Below the pieces are notes generated by a model that saw nothing but the letters and a program-made list of their open reading frames with translations, had not been told where the DNA came from and made no database searches. Shown here one piece after another: positions 1 to 13,647 of a stretch of DNA of 64,000 nucleotides. Source of the DNA: Guillardia theta CCMP2712 (lineage: Eukaryota > Protista > Cryptophyta); NCBI RefSeq assembly GCF_000315625.1, contig NW_005434632.1, positions 219,901 to 283,900 on the forward strand. Reading direction: 5' to 3'. The stretch's first letter is position 1. Every line of letters begins with the position of its first letter. The position numbers and the translations under genes were made by a program.

Positions 1-3000
1 CGGCCGGAGGACTCAAGTCAATATCGGCTCGTGTACAGCCAACGGCAAAGTCAATCTGAGAGCAGCAGGTCCCGTTGGAGTAGAGGAGATGACCTGGTTC
101 CATCAGCACCCACTTTGAAGTCACGAGAGAGAAGTCCATGGCTGTCCAGGGATCAAGAATGGCTGATTTCAAGCAGCCGTCGGTGTTGAAGCCGGAGCAG
201 GTGCTAATAGAGTCGCAGAGGATCTTGAGCCCGTCGACGTTAATCCCTTGGAAGCAAGCGAGGCTGATCTCGTTGTAGTCGTAGCCCTGCATGAAGTTCC
301 AGCCCGAGTCGTTGTTCCTTGCATGGCTCCAGTAGACTGATGCTGAGCTCGCAGTTACTGAGCTCAAGTTCAGCGTCGCGTTCTGAGGCTTGCTTGCTGT
401 GATGGCCTCTATAAAGGGGCTGCACTTGCCCCCGAAGGAGAATATGTTGAGCCCGATACTGCAGACTTGAAACTGATAGCCCACCTGGTAGTCCAGCCCG
501 TGGAAGCTCGCTCGGAAGACGTACAAGGAAGGGGTCTGGACTCCAAACTTGATCTCCTCCGCCAGCGCCGGGGGTCCGAGGTTGTCAAATTGAGATTCAC
601 TCCGGCAGTACTGGGCCGTTGACGAGCTCCTGTACCCTTTCTGCAGCCTGCAGCGAATCTGAAACTTCGTGGCGTTGGCATACACGACCTGGTAGGGGTC
701 GACGTCAAGATTCCATTGCAGTGTGACTCTATCTTCACCGACAGACACTACAAACAAGTTTCTCGGAGTTGAAGGAAGAGAGACTGGCCCTCCCACCGTC
801 ACTGTGCCTTCCTCGTACCCGCTCTCATATTGGTTGTAGGCTTGTATGAGGAATGTGTAAACTTTTCCAAGCTGAAGCCCGGTGATGTTGTACCAACAGT
901 TTCCTTGTGCGCAGGCTCCGGTGCCTTCAATGTTGATTTCGTTTGCTCCGATTGTCAGAGGGTTGCCGTTGTTTTGTGTCCTACCGTCAGGCTGCCATGT
1001 TATGATGTACGAGTAGATGGTCTGCCCAACGTCTCCCGCTGGCCTCTGCCATGCCAGAGCAACGGAGCTGAACGTGACGTTGTCTATCCGGAGTGAAGTG
1101 GCCGGGCCAATCTGACGGAAGGCTGCTGTGGAAAGATAGTTCGAGGGGATCGAGTATCCCGCAATGTTCGCGTTACGGATTTTGACACGGCAGCTGATAT
1201 ATTGCCCTTCCGGCAGGTTTCCAATGAAAGCAGAGATACAAAAAGTTTGACCTGAGTCTGCACATCCGAACTTGTACGTGTCGTGATTGAATTCACCGAT
1301 GATCTCGGTGTTTCGCTTCCCACCGTCTTGAAAGTCATCAAACGAAGCTTCAAGAAGATAGAACGTGTTCCTCAGAACAATCTCTATGGGATTCTTGAGA
1401 GTGTACCAAACCACAATCACTGAGTTGTTGTTTCGAGAGAGCAGCCGCAGCTGTATATCTTCCATACTTGGTATTCCAACCACCTGCATGATCTTGTTCG
1501 CTGGAGTAGGTGTCGACGAGGCAGCGATTCTGATGACGATGCAGTCAAGTTGAATGTTCACAAGGTTAGTAGCTGGCGTAACAGCAAACGAAACATTCAG
1601 GGAGTTCCCTTGGATATCAGAGACAGTCTTCAGCAGCACAGAGTCTTGAGTTAGCTTCAACGTAAACTTGACTTCGTCGGGATACGGGAGGGGGTCCCAG
1701 TAGATGGTAGTGCTGGGGTTCAGAACTCCCTTAGACGTGTCGACCCGTGACACTCCGATGTTGGTTGCCTCGCAAGATGTAGTGACAGTGACGTTTGTCC
1801 TCGCGGGCTGGAGGGAATACCCAGCCAGGTTGCCAGCGAAGACTTGGAATGTGTATGTGGTTCCTTGGAGCAGGTTGGAGATGGTGATAGACTGTAAGTT
1901 CACTGTTGGGCCCACGGTGATGTTGTTTCTCCTCGTATCAATGATCATAACAAGAAAAAATGTTGAGAGACCAAACACGGAAGTTGGTTCTTGTGCATTC
2001 CATGCTATGGTGACTGACGAGGATGTCGGAGGTTGGAACGAGATCTGGGTCGGGGCTCCTGGTCTCAACACAGGGATGACGTTGCGGATGATGGTTCGCA
2101 GGCCATATCCGTTGACGTTCTGATTCATTGCCTCTATCCCGAAGCTGTACCGGCTGCTCAGTTCCAGTGGCGTGTTAAGTTCTACACGCGAAGTTGAATT
2201 TGTCTTGACGACATTGACGTTGGTTATTTCGATCTGATTAACCCAGGCCGGCACCTCCTCCAGCACGTTCCAATTAGTCCTGCCCGTCGCTACCCAAGAC
2301 GATCCGTCGTAGATGAACTCTCTACCGAAGACGTCATAGAACTTCTGCGCCGAGTTGGGACGAGGAGGACGGTAGTCTGCGGTGCACTGAGAGCAGCCGC
2401 AAACTTCGGTACAGACTCCTCCTCCTGTGCACTGACCGTCGAAGGAGCAAGGAGCATCTGAGTTGGGGGGCAAGCACTGGCACGTGCTTGCGGTGCCATC
2501 AGCACAGACTGGCGTTGGCCCACTGCAGATGCAGTTTGCAGAGCAGGAGGAGCCGGGGAGGTAGGAGCCCCCAGCACAGTAGTCAGCTGCAAGGCAAACG
2601 CTGACACGGAACTGAGATATAGTGACGTTGCCGGGCAGGTTCCAACTTAGACGAGCGTACCCAGCTGTAACGTTCTCAGCTCGAAAGTCAGGAATGACGA
2701 CGTTGGGAGAGTCCAGGGGTGTCCCTTCACACTCGGCAAAATCGCCGAGGCCCGTAGGGTTGAGATTCCTTGCTCTAACACGGAACAAGTACTTGAGGCC
2801 CTGAACTAGCTGAATCTCACCAGCGTTGAGAGAAGGGTTGCTGACAGTGAAGTTTGTCAGGCTTGTGGAGCCAGCAACACGAAAGATGGGAAGGGTCTGT
2901 GTGAACTCTGCCACCTCAACCGTGTAGGAGAGGACGGGAAGACCGTACGACGGGGGACTCCATGACAAGCTAACGGCGTCTGTTCTGACACTGACGACAC

Positions 3001-6000
3001 TGAGAGATAGCGGGCTGGACGCCGTCTGCAAGGGCTCTATGGTGAACGCCTGAGACTGTACATTGAGATTGAAACCCTTGACGTTAAGATTCCTGCCGAA
3101 GATTGCAACATTGTACTTGTTGTTCAGTGAGAGGCCAGTTATGAGCAACGACGTTCCTGAAAACTGGTTGGTCTCGTTAAGGTACGAAGAGCCTTCGGAA
3201 GTGATCCGGGCCCTGAAGGCAAACGGCGCGTCGAGACCCGAGGGGATGGAGTAGGAGATGAGAACTTGTGTGGTCGTGACGGATACAACCTGCAAGTTGT
3301 AGACTGGCAGACTTGGATAGTCGACAGGAGCAGCACTGACAACCTTGAGAGGATTTCAACGTATGATTTGAGATGTTCAGTTTGGATCACCTTGCCAAGA
3401 TCCTGATAGCCTGATACGTGATCGTTCCTCAAAGCAACTTTGAAGTCATACACAAGATTCTGCGAGCAGCGAGTCAGGAAACATCAGATGTATGTTCGAT
3501 GTAGCAGGACCTGAGAAAGCCCAGTCACATCAAACTGATCAGGACAGGCGTTGGCATCGGACGGGAGGTGCCGACACTGAAATTCGCTGTGGGAACTTTC
3601 AGTGCGAAGACACCCGGGGCAACTTCGACAGCTCACTTGAAAGAACTCCAGTCTACCGCATCGGCTCTCTTGTACATGACCTTCATCTTTGTTGCCAACG
3701 ACAACTCCGACACGTTGACCTGGAGCTCAGTCAAGCATGCTCCGGCGTGAAGGAGAGAAGTGCGAACCTTGAGCAAGACGGAGGTGGTTGTGACCGAAAC
3801 CACCTCGAGTGAGGACACAGAGTCGGGAGGAGGAGAGGGCTCAACGAGGATGAACTGCGGTGATCCTTCTCCAAGACTTGAATATCATCCTGTTAGTACA
3901 TCGAAAAACCATTCCTCTTTACCAACCCACCTGTTCCAGTTCTGTGCTGTCACAGATACAAGCACTTTCGACTGACTGATCAAGCTCGTGACATTGTAGG
4001 AAAGAGCCGTCGTCGACGTCTGCTCCTGCTGCCCAACATTGAAAAGCCCCGACGCCCACCATGCCACCTGAGTGAAAGTGTCAACAGTCCGGCGCTCCAA
4101 GACCTTGAGGTTGACCTTGTAGTCCCTCGTTGGGGGAAACGCGTTGACACTCCATGCGACATTGACAGATGTCTCGGTCACCCCTAGTGGAGATGAGGAA
4201 AAGCATGCGATGCAGCAGGTCAAAACATCACCGACGATGTGAAGATCCAAGACGGAGGAAGGCTGCATCTGCGGCATGGCGTCGACTACGTTGCTTCCTT
4301 GTTGCTCGTATCCCTGTTGGTTTAGATTCCGGGCATACACCTGATGGCAGAGCACTCAGACCAAAGGGAAACAAGAATAGGAGCAAGAGCAGCAAGGCAG
4401 ATCAGGATGAGGAGGGCAGCAGCAGCAGCAGCAGCAGCAGCACCAAGACAAGATCTAGAGCAAGTTACCTTGAAGGAGTACAAGAGCCCTCGATCCAAGT
4501 TGTACACCGTCATCAGATTCTTTCCCAAGTGATTCGCCGGAGTCTCAGGTATTCCGTAGGTACCGTAATTCAACAACCCAACTTTGTACTTGATCTGCGT
4601 CGAGACTTAGCGATAGTTCGCTTCCTGTTGACTGACTGCACCTGATAGGAAGTGACGATTGACGATGGGGGATCCGACCATGCAAGGATGACGGAGTCCG
4701 AGCCGAGGGAGAGGACAGAGAGGTCGGAGACAGGGGAAGGGGAAGGGACGAGCTGTATGGACTGCAGGAGAAAGGTGGGGCTGAGATCAAAGTTGCTAAT
4801 GTGAAGGTTTCCGATGCGGAGACGAAACGAGAACAACTGAATTGACATGAGACAGGGACACATGTGAAATGAATAAGGTGAAACGACTGCAAGGAATCAA
4901 AAAGCAGAGGAGAGAAGAGTAAAAGAGGAGAGAGAAGAGAAATTCAAGAAGAGTATGCTTACCCCGCCAAAGTGCAGGTTGCTGATGTTGTACTCATACG
5001 CATGCGACGAAGACACTGGCAGTCAATTAACAAGGCAATGTTGACATCAAGGCAGCCTTACAAGCATCTTGCGCTTGAACCTCAATTGAGTTGTTCCAAA
5101 CGGCAATCGAGCTCGAGCTCGAGAGATAAGTCCATTGAATAAGAAACCTGACGAATGAAGTATAAGTGAAGAGGAACTACGAAGGCGGCACCATCATCGA
5201 CGATCTTGTTCACTTGTACCTCGTCACATCGTCTTGAGGGTACGTCCACGACAGAAGACAACTCGACAGAGTGAGAGAAGTGACGTGCAAGTTTGTAACT
5301 TGTCCCTTTGGGGGTCCAGTAGGAGTAGCGGTGATGGTGTTTGGATCCGCTTTGTACCCATCAAGGCTGAGGGATCTTGCGACGATCGAGATTTGATACT
5401 GAAACGACGGTTGTAAGATGAAGAAATACAAATGAAGTAGAGGTGGTATCATTACAGATACGGTGGTCACAAGTCAAAGAGCACAAAAGAGAATACCAAT
5501 CAGAAAAGAACAGAACAGAGCAGAGCATAGAGTACACAACAGTACAGAATAGCAGAGAGAAACAGAGAAATGAAGGACGAGGGGGAAAGAGGGGTGGGGA
5601 GGCGGGGGTTGCAGGGCAGCGAAAGGCAGGGCAGGTTGAAGGATGGAGGGTCTTAGTGCCTGAGTCCCTTGTTGGAGCGAAGTAATGTTGAGAAGATGCT
5701 GGACACCAGGACCCAGATGCTGCTGATAGAAGAACGATGCTCCGACTTGGACGCGGTACGCCACCACTGAGAGAGAGAGGGAGACATCAGACATGCGGCA
5801 GGAGGAGGCAAGAGGATGCAAGGAGGAGAGGAGACCTGTCGGCAGAGACAGTCCGATCCAGGCAACTTCCACACTGAGACAAGAAGGTGAAGTGAGAGGG
5901 AGAAGTCAAAATGTCTGCTATCACCTCGTCTCTGTTGTCCCGATGACATAGAAAGCGTCCACCTTGGAGGTGATGGGAGCGACGTAGGATGTGCTGGCAG

Positions 6001-8822
6001 CGCTGCTGGAGGGGAGCGCTTGAAAGAAGGTCATCTCCCCATGCATCGAGCAGGCAGAGGGAAGGAGTTAGTACCTTGCGAGCTTCGACCGGCCAAGTTT
6101 GCACCCTGAAGAACAGGGCGAGTCAAAAATTGAACTGAGAAGTTCGTCTAAAGATGTATGCACAGTGATTGGCGTTGAGCGATCATGGCAAAACGATTGG
6201 CATGAAATGTGAAGGCAGAGGAATTGAAGTGCAGCAACTCATATCCAGGAACAAGCAGAACAAGATCCACCTGAACTCGAGCCGAATAGGACGTCGAGGA
6301 GTTCAATCCGGCGATCAACGCACTTGTTGTAAGGAAGACATCCCTCCATCGCATGTCAGCACCTTCGCACCGTCTCTCATACCTCCCACACCTGCAAAGA
6401 TCGCGGGGCAACGTCGTCCATTCCCACCTCCCCGAGCAGCCGGGGGTTGCCTGGGACTTGATCCATTCCCCTCCCGCTGCTCTAACCTCAACAAAGTATC
6501 TGCTGCCACGTCACACACAATGGAAGTCTCAGCATGCTTGAGCTCATTCCTGTCAGCCCTCGGAAAGGCGTTCCAACTGACGTAAACCATGCTGGAGGAG
6601 TCTTGATCTGACGCGCTGATGGATACAGTCGTGTCGGCCGGGAGGTCAGGAGGGCTCGTTGGAGTTGCGGAAATAGTCTGGGGGAATCAAATCAAGAGGG
6701 CCGATAAAGGGAGGAATATGAGGAAGATGAAGAGGAGGGAACGGAGGGGAAACAACTGGAGTCAGGGGCCAGGTGCCAGACAGGATGGGAGGATTGGAGA
6801 AGAAAAGTAGGAGCAGGCAGGCTAAACTTGAGGAGATCCGTAAGAGCGAGCGAACAGAGTAAGGGAGGGAATGCCAGGAGGTGTTGAAGGCCAAGAGAAA
6901 GAAGACCTGAAAATCCCCGCATCGCAGCATCGGCGCGCAGGCGGCGACACGAAACAAATAAGTCTGTCATTGACGTGAGGGGAGGTCGCAAGAGGGAGAC
7001 TGAGACAACGTGCTGGTCGATGAGACCTTGAACGACATAGGAGAAGTTGAAGACGAGATCTGTGAGAAGGTTGCACTGTGGGGGAGAAAAGGTTAAACAT
7101 TGCTCCACTCGGAATGCAACGAGTTTGAAACTTGTCGTCACGTTCTCCCAGGCGATAGTGACCTGAGGACAATTAGAGACAAGAGGTGGAGGGGATCAAT
7201 TACCGATTGCGTTGTGACAGAAGAGATGAAAACAGTAGGAGAGGGAGGAGGCAAATCAAGTGACTGTCGAATAGCTTGATGAAAACACATCAGATGAAAT
7301 GAGATCACGGACAAGCAATCGATTTACAGGATGAAGACACATAACCAGCAGAATCGCTGTTCCTTGCAAACACACGGAATGCATATTCCTGCATCTCTAT
7401 CATTCCCCCTTACATCTCTCCTAGAAATCAAAAGAATCACTTTTCCGAGATCAAGATTGACCACAATCGCCGACATTGTCGTGACTGATGTGAATCTTAG
7501 ACGTCAGGATTTCATTCTTCGCAAGGTACCATTCGATTGCTTCCAATTCGACGGCGGTGAGATATTGTCCAAGACGGTAACATAAAAGAATTCAACTCCA
7601 TTCACAATGTCCGACACCTGTCAGGACAACAAAATGAACATGGGCAACCAGACATAAGAATATTTGAATACCTGGACTCTGTACAAGACGTTGCCTTTCA
7701 GGCTGTTGTCTAAGCTTGCATCATCAGGAAACAACTTACAACAATGTCAGGATCAAGCACATTAGCCCTCTAGTACGAAACTTACATCCCATCGTAATGT
7801 CAAACTGGAGCTCGAAGCGTTGATGACGACTAGGCCTTGTACTGGAGGAGGAGGAGGATACAACTTCAAGTTTGCAATGCCTGTGGACCTTATCAGGCTC
7901 TTCAACCACCACAAGCAGCAAGACTAACCAACGGGAGAGGCTGAGAAAGGATTTTTCGGATCGTGATCTGAGTTCCTTGAAGCAACTTCGACTCGATACG
8001 TCTGATCTACCATAAGGGTAGACAAGATGACGACTGGTGGTTGGCTTGTCAGGGTCTGGAACACCACGGACGAGGAGGAGCTGTTGAAATCATGTCACGT
8101 ATCAACTTGGAGGATGCGAATTCCACTTACTCCTTCACGACAACAGAGAAATTAGTAGGAGCAGGCCCATAAGCAGGGGGGTCCCAAGTGAGCACAGCTG
8201 CCGTCTCGTTATACTCGATGAACCGAATGTTAGCCACGGAGAGAATGGGAGGAGGGACGGGTAGGAGCTCTAGCCACGTGCTTGCGCTGCTCCATCCGGA
8301 CAGTTCTGAGAAGGAAGCAATGCTAAGACGTATCTTGCGACCAGAAATCAGCCCCATGAGCTTTAACGAGGTTGGAGGTGCTCCTCCTCCTCCTGCCTCC
8401 ACCATCCCTCCGCCGCATGCACAACAGGCCTGTAGTGCTGGTATGTTGGAGCCATTAACGCGAGTGCCATACGTGAAGCAGTTTGTGTCTACCCCGTACC
8501 AATCACAATCAAAGAAAACACCGTCCTTGGCATACCATCCATCATCATCCCTGCAAGGACTCTTCTGCACCATATAGACCTTCTCTCGATTGAGATCATC
8601 GTCTACAACAACGATCTTATACTGACTTGCATTCTCTACTGAGCTCCAGTTCAACAGCAGAGCGGATGCGTCATAGTAAAATTCCCCGCCTGCTGTCTGC
8701 TGCATGGTCGAGGGATACGTGAAAGATCGCAATATATTCAAATTTGCCGGTGGAGAAGCTAACGCATGAACGCTAGCGATCCGTAAGATGTGCACAAGAC
8801 ACACCAGCGTAAACCAGGTCAT
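1..8822 (-). CDS. Giant secreted/surface fibronectin type III repeat protein, multi-exon, 3' end beyond the window
   Basis: Signal peptide MTWFTLVCLVHILRIASVHA at 8822. Repeated FN3 signatures (AAVLTWDPPAYGPAPTNFSV; DAVSLSWSPPSYGLPVLSYTVEV; GLKYLFRVRARN; PSTPRNLFVVSVGEDRVTLQW). Many short GT-AG introns between 8127 and 3290. A ~3.3 kb exon from 3289 appears open to position 1 (both ends read by eye) and is absent from the ORF track. Confidence 0.9.
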
Positions 8823-9059
8823 GTGGAAATAGCAAGAATGCTCCAGTAGCTACTCTTGCATCTGATTCTCACTCAAACTCTTCTGAACATCGACAACGAG
8901 GCAAGACAACATCTCATCGGCTCGGAGCACCTCCCTGTGTCGCTAGCCCTTGCCACCTGCCGTGCCATGGTTGGCATCCAACCCGGCAGTTGACCTTCCT
9001 TGTCAAACACAGTTTTTTTAATCATTTCAGTACTATTAAAAATTACTTACACCCTCACT

Positions 9060-9455
9060 GACAGCCAGCGGCCGCCCGCCGCGCCGCGCCGTCGGACTGG
9101 CCGCGAAGTTGGTCCTGGCCCGGGGCCCGCTCAGCTTCTACCGGAACGCCGCCGCCGCCGGGCCCCGCGGCCGGATCGTCTCGGCGGCGTTCCAGTCCCG
9201 GCGGCCCACTGCCGGGCCGGCCGGCCGGGGCCGGCCGCGGCGGCCGGGCGCCGCCCCGCCGTACGGTCATGATCGGATACGGGCCGGGCCGAGTCCGCCG
9301 GGCCCCGCGCCCTCGGGCCGAGTCCGCCGGGCCCCGCGCCCCCGGGCCGAGTCCGCCGGGTCCGCCGGGCCGCTCAGTCGGTGAGGCCTGGCCGAAGCGG
9401 CCGGGACTCAACTTAGTTAACGGTACGGTACTCTGGCCCCCGCGTGTCACAGAGG
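9060..9455. repeat. GC-rich intergenic island with 29-bp tandem repeat (gggccgagtccgccgggccccgcgccc) x~2.6 at 9286-9360
   Basis: Visible direct repeats; dense CCGG/GGCC/GAGTC. Confidence 0.75.
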
Positions 9456-9922
9456 GCCGCTTTCAACACTGGAGGATGAGACAGAGAGAAAATGTTTTCG
9501 ATCTTAGTTCTCTCTTTTCCAAGTCAGTATGGTATGTGGGGTCTCAGCCGACTCTGCCGCATGCCGCTATCGCCGAAGCTAGTCACGGTTGATACACAAA
9601 CATCATTGGAGCTCACGTCCTGAACAGGTTGCCAAGTGAGATACAAGGTAATCTTATGAATTCTATTCAGCAATGTAGGAAACTTTTTATGTGCGTTTGT
9701 TATTACTGGCAAGCTGCTATTAGCTCGCAGAAAGGATTAAATTGAGCTGGGAAAGAAAAACACACAGCGGTAAATTTGCACAGCGAATCTTTTTCGTGGG
9801 GGCCAAGAATCATCCAAGTTCTTGGCCTTATGATGCATCTTGTGTATCCTATCATACATGGTAAAACTTTCTTGCTTGTCCAGGTAGAAGACTGATTGGA
9901 AACCTTCGATCGAACCTGTTCG

Positions 9923-10852
9923 TCACCTTCCTCCATCCTTCAGTTGACTTTCCGGCTTGTTCTGAGTCGAAGAGATGCATGCCTGGTTGAGCATAAGGAG
10001 AGTGTTGGTGGCTGATATTCTTTGAGCAATGCCAATGTTGACAATCCCTGGCCATAGCGCAGGCTGATCGAAAGGAATTCCCGTGTTCAGTGTGCTAGAT
10101 GGCAGTATAGTGTGTGTTTGCAGGGGAAGTATTGGCCTGCTCGTTGCAGGCTGCAACAAGAGAAAAGGTTGGCTTTGGAGCAGCGGGGGATTCCATGCTT
10201 GATTGCCAGCCAAGAGCATCTCAATTCCTGTCGGTGGCTGAAGATTCCGCAGAGCCTCCAAGCCAACAATCTGGGCATCTGGACGTTGATGGACGAATGG
10301 CTGAGCAGCTAAAATCCTAGACTTGGCTTCTTCGATGGGCAGACCAAGTGCTGCATGTTGGTTGTCTACTGTCGACGACCCAGCTTCAGATGATGACGAC
10401 GAACATGACGATGAGTTGAAGTAACAGGTCGATGATGACGACGACGACGACGACGACGCATCGTTGGGTTGTTGACGTCTTGACTCAGCAACCTTTTTCC
10501 GGAGAGTCTGATCAGATTTGTGTGAGTGACATCGTCGTTTCCTTGGCTTGGAGTCGGTCACTCCCAACGGTCGTCCAGGAGGACGCTTGTTACTCTTCTC
10601 GTACTGCTCCACCTCCGCCGGTGTCCACAACGGCATAGTAGCCTTTACCCAAGTTCGACGATCCCAGACATCTCGGACGGACTTTGAGCTAACACCATAC
10701 TCGTTTGCCACCAAGCAGCTGTCTGCGGTCTTAAATTTCGTGTTCATCTTTCTCTTTGCAAAGATCTCCACAGCGATCTCTTCCGAGATCACAGCCCTCT
10801 TGTCCTTGTTCTCCGCCTTCTCGGTCTCCTCCGCCATACTAGAATTTGACAT
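9923..10852 (-). CDS. Intronless putative DNA-binding protein (HTH-like domain plus GRP AT-hook-like motif), paralog A
   Basis: KRAVISEEIAVEIF..SCLVANEYGVSSKSVRDVWDRRTW is helix-turn-helix-like, followed by RPPGRPLGVTDSKPRKRR and a Ser/Pro/Gln-rich tail. First ATG (MSNSSM) at 10852; the track ORF starts at GTG 10879. Confidence 0.8.
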   Translation of the reverse strand: MSNSSMAEETEKAENKDKRAVISEEIAVEIFAKRKMNTKFKTADSCLVANEYGVSSKSVRDVWDRRTWVKATMPLWTPAEVEQYEKSNKRPPGRPLGVTDSKPRKRRCHSHKSDQTLRKKVAESRRQQPNDASSSSSSSSSTCYFNSSSCSSSSSEAGSSTVDNQHAALGLPIEEAKSRILAAQPFVHQRPDAQIVGLEALRNLQPPTGIEMLLAGNQAWNPPLLQSQPFLLLQPATSRPILPLQTHTILPSSTLNTGIPFDQPALWPGIVNIGIAQRISATNTLLMLNQACISSTQNKPESQLKDGGR

Positions 10853-11995
10853 AGTCTTGTTCGATTTTTGTTTTCTCACTCTTCCTGCCTTCTTCCTCTT
10901 CTCATCTTCTCATCCTCTTCGGGCACACATTTGTTCATTTGTTCATCCCGGTCAAGCATACCTCATCCCCCTCGTCCAAATAGCTACCCCTACCACTGCC
11001 CTACCACTGTTTATGAGTACCCACGTTTTCACATCGATACATCCTCCAAAAGGTTCCGCGATACCACCTCCACCCCCTAATTTTCTGTGTGAGTTCTGGA
11101 TGAGGGTGGGTGTATTCTCTAAAACATTTTTTTTCAGTGGGAAAACTCTCAGGGAAAGTAAAATCGCAACGTTTCCGTGGGATTCTCCTCTCCGAGGGTG
11201 TAGGTGGGGTGGTAGGTGATTGATACGAATCTTTTCAGGGACCATGGGGTGAGGGTAAGACTATATGGTATTTTCCTATAAGAAGATCATATGATTATGA
11301 GTAGGTTGAAGGCCAAAGGAAACAACCATATCCCTCAACCTCATGAGAAAAAAAGGCGCAGAGGGTAGTTGGGGAGGATTTGTTCATCCACGAAGGATTC
11401 ATAGGGTAGGGTGATCAAAAGAAAGGGGTCATGACGTGCTAATCATGTAAGGGGGGGTACTTTTTACCGAAAGAAGAGGATCAAAGTCCCATGTCGGTAC
11501 GCTTGAAATTTCAGTACTAGGTGGGGTGGTGAAACCCAGGGTAGACAGCACATGGTAGTCAGGGAGGATTTATTGCCAAAAGCAAAAACTCATCCCAGAC
11601 CACAAGGTTTCATCTCGAAATTTGGCCCTCAAATTTCAAGTATTTGACTTGAAAGAAAAGCCTTTTCGATGTTCCGATATGAAGTTTAAAACTATGCTTC
11701 CGAGTCGGCCCCGCCGCCTTTACCGGCTGAACGGTGAGTGCCGCACTGAGTGCGGGGCCCGGCCCGTGCAGTGCCGTGTGACTCGACGGTGGCAGTGCCG
11801 AGCTCCGACACAGCCACTGTAGGCATTGCCGCAGTGCCCTCATTGAAGTTCAAGTTCAACGCAAGTGCCCGGGTTTTGACTCTCGGAAGTTCGGGATCAG
11901 TGGCAGTGTGATGGCAATCGGACTCCCGGGACTCGCGCTCGGGCCGGGCCGAATACGGCGGCCTCAGCCGAGAGTTATGATCTTCAGTGTCAGTC

Positions 11996-13413
11996 AGGCC
12001 AAACGGCGAGGAGAGAAAAGACAGCGAGAACCAAACCTATTCCTGCCGACTGCTGTCCCCCAAACTTAACTGATACCTTCACTTGAACGGCGAAAACTTA
12101 ACTGATACCTTCACTTAACGGTTGAACAGTGAGTGACTCCGAGTCCGCCCGGAGTCAGTGAAGCCGAACCGTCGGAATGCCATGTCGCAGTGGCAAGTGA
12201 AACAGTGCCGACATGGATATCCTTAATCACATCCCCAACCTCCTGCTTATTCTTGATCTCCGACGGAGGCGTGGCAAAGCGCATAACTTTCATGATCTGA
12301 ACGTCCTGCAGACAGACGTCACTTACCTTTCCCTTGAAAACAAATGCATCATTCGCGGGCTTGTCGCACACCAACGAGCAAGGGCCCGCCCAAAAGACGG
12401 CCTTGCTGGATGCCTTGAATGCCCGTTTATTCTGCTGAAGCTGTATGGACACAGAACCGACAAAATCAAACTTGCTGCACATACCACCTTTGCACAGATC
12501 ATGCCCGACAGTAAGATATCTCTTTTATTTGTATCTGAATCGTCATACAAATGACGTTTAGTTTCGTGCTTTTCGATGATTGGTGCCTGCACATAGAGCG
12601 TGTAGCTTGTTCCTTCTTGTACGATCAACCCAAGGTTGTCCAGAAAGCATCGGTCGGGTGGGTCTGTACCCTGTCGACGATGCTTGATAATCGCGAGCAT
12701 GAGCCTCTTGTACTCCAGACACTCTTGCACGTTGTACGGGCCGTCGCTTCGCAAGTACAGCTGGATCCGCTGCTGCAATATGTCCACGTCGTCGCTGACA
12801 GAGTTGACCGACGGCTGAAACGCCGCATCCATTAGATACACCGAATCTGGACCTAACCAAGAGGTTACCTGTACTATCCACAAAAGATGTGCTTGAGGAA
12901 GAGATCCTGGACTCAACCCCCACTAAAGGTCTCTGCTTATACACAACATCCTCGTGTTCGAAATCTTGATTGTTGGTATGGGCATATCTTTCTACGCGGA
13001 CCTGAAGCATGTCCATCAACATTGCCTTCACATCTATTCCCATCGTCGTGAGCTTTTCATATACCATGGACCAGCCCATCCCAGCGAACAACCCATGCAA
13101 TTGGATGAACGAAACGGCAGCGCTGGATGGTCTCTCGGCCTCGCAAGACGTCTCAGGTGATCCGACTTGCAAACGCATCCGGTCCAGGATCTTTCATCAG
13201 CTCAAGGCCTCCCTGTCCTTCGCTGCCATCATCGCGGGTGCGTTCCGGTATGCGTCTCATTCCTTCGGCGGCGGCCACAGCGACATCGCTGGCATGGCGC
13301 GGGGGAATGGTCCTTCGCGCAGTTAAGTGAAGGTATCAGTTAAGTTTGGAGGACAGCAGTGGGCAGTATAAGGGTTGGCTCTCGCTGTCTTTTCTCTTCT
13401 CGTCGGTCGGCCT
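11996..13413. mobile_element. Element bounded by ~90-bp imperfect inverted repeats (candidate non-autonomous DNA transposon, Pack-type)
   Basis: 11996-12084 (aggcc..gagaaaagacagcgaga..ctgctgtcccccaaacttaactgataccttcactt) is the reverse complement of 13322-13413. The left arm has a second copy of aaacttaactgataccttcactt at 12094-12116. No target-site duplication recognised. Confidence 0.6.
12200..13320 (-). pseudogene. Decayed intron-containing gene fragment of unknown family inside the inverted repeats
   Basis: The frame of ORF 12558-13178 continues to the right repeat through in-frame TGA stops (13257-59, 13194-99). Exon-like peptides DSVYLMDAAF..ICAKV and LQQNKRAFKASSKAVFWAGPC are separated by GT-AG introns. 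Confidence 0.5.
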
Positions 13414-13647
13414 CAAGATGAATAGTTTCGAGAAGGAGTGTTTTCATCGGGAGGATGTGTTTGGGGGTAGTGGCAGTTGAGGGGTGGGGTGATGTCAGAA
13501 AACCTTCTTGGACTTGTGCGGAGACGGAGGGAGTAGGGTGGTGGGGAAAATATATCCCCACCAAACGTAAATTTGGTGCTGCGGAGTGCCTGGCAAGAGG
13601 AGGGAAGGGGAAGAAAAAGTTGAGGTAACTGGTGACCACGAGCAAGG

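Noticed and set aside
240-3254. Many short ORFs in the track
   Set aside because: Off-frame or antisense to the long FN3 exon
9000-9592. Arg/Pro/Gly-rich ORFs in GC islands (also 22889-23349, 60892-61367)
   Set aside because: Open frames expected from extreme GC content; no domain signal
11996-13413. Autonomous transposon
   Set aside because: No DDE, tyrosine recombinase or RT motif recognised; cargo has stops; no TSD seen
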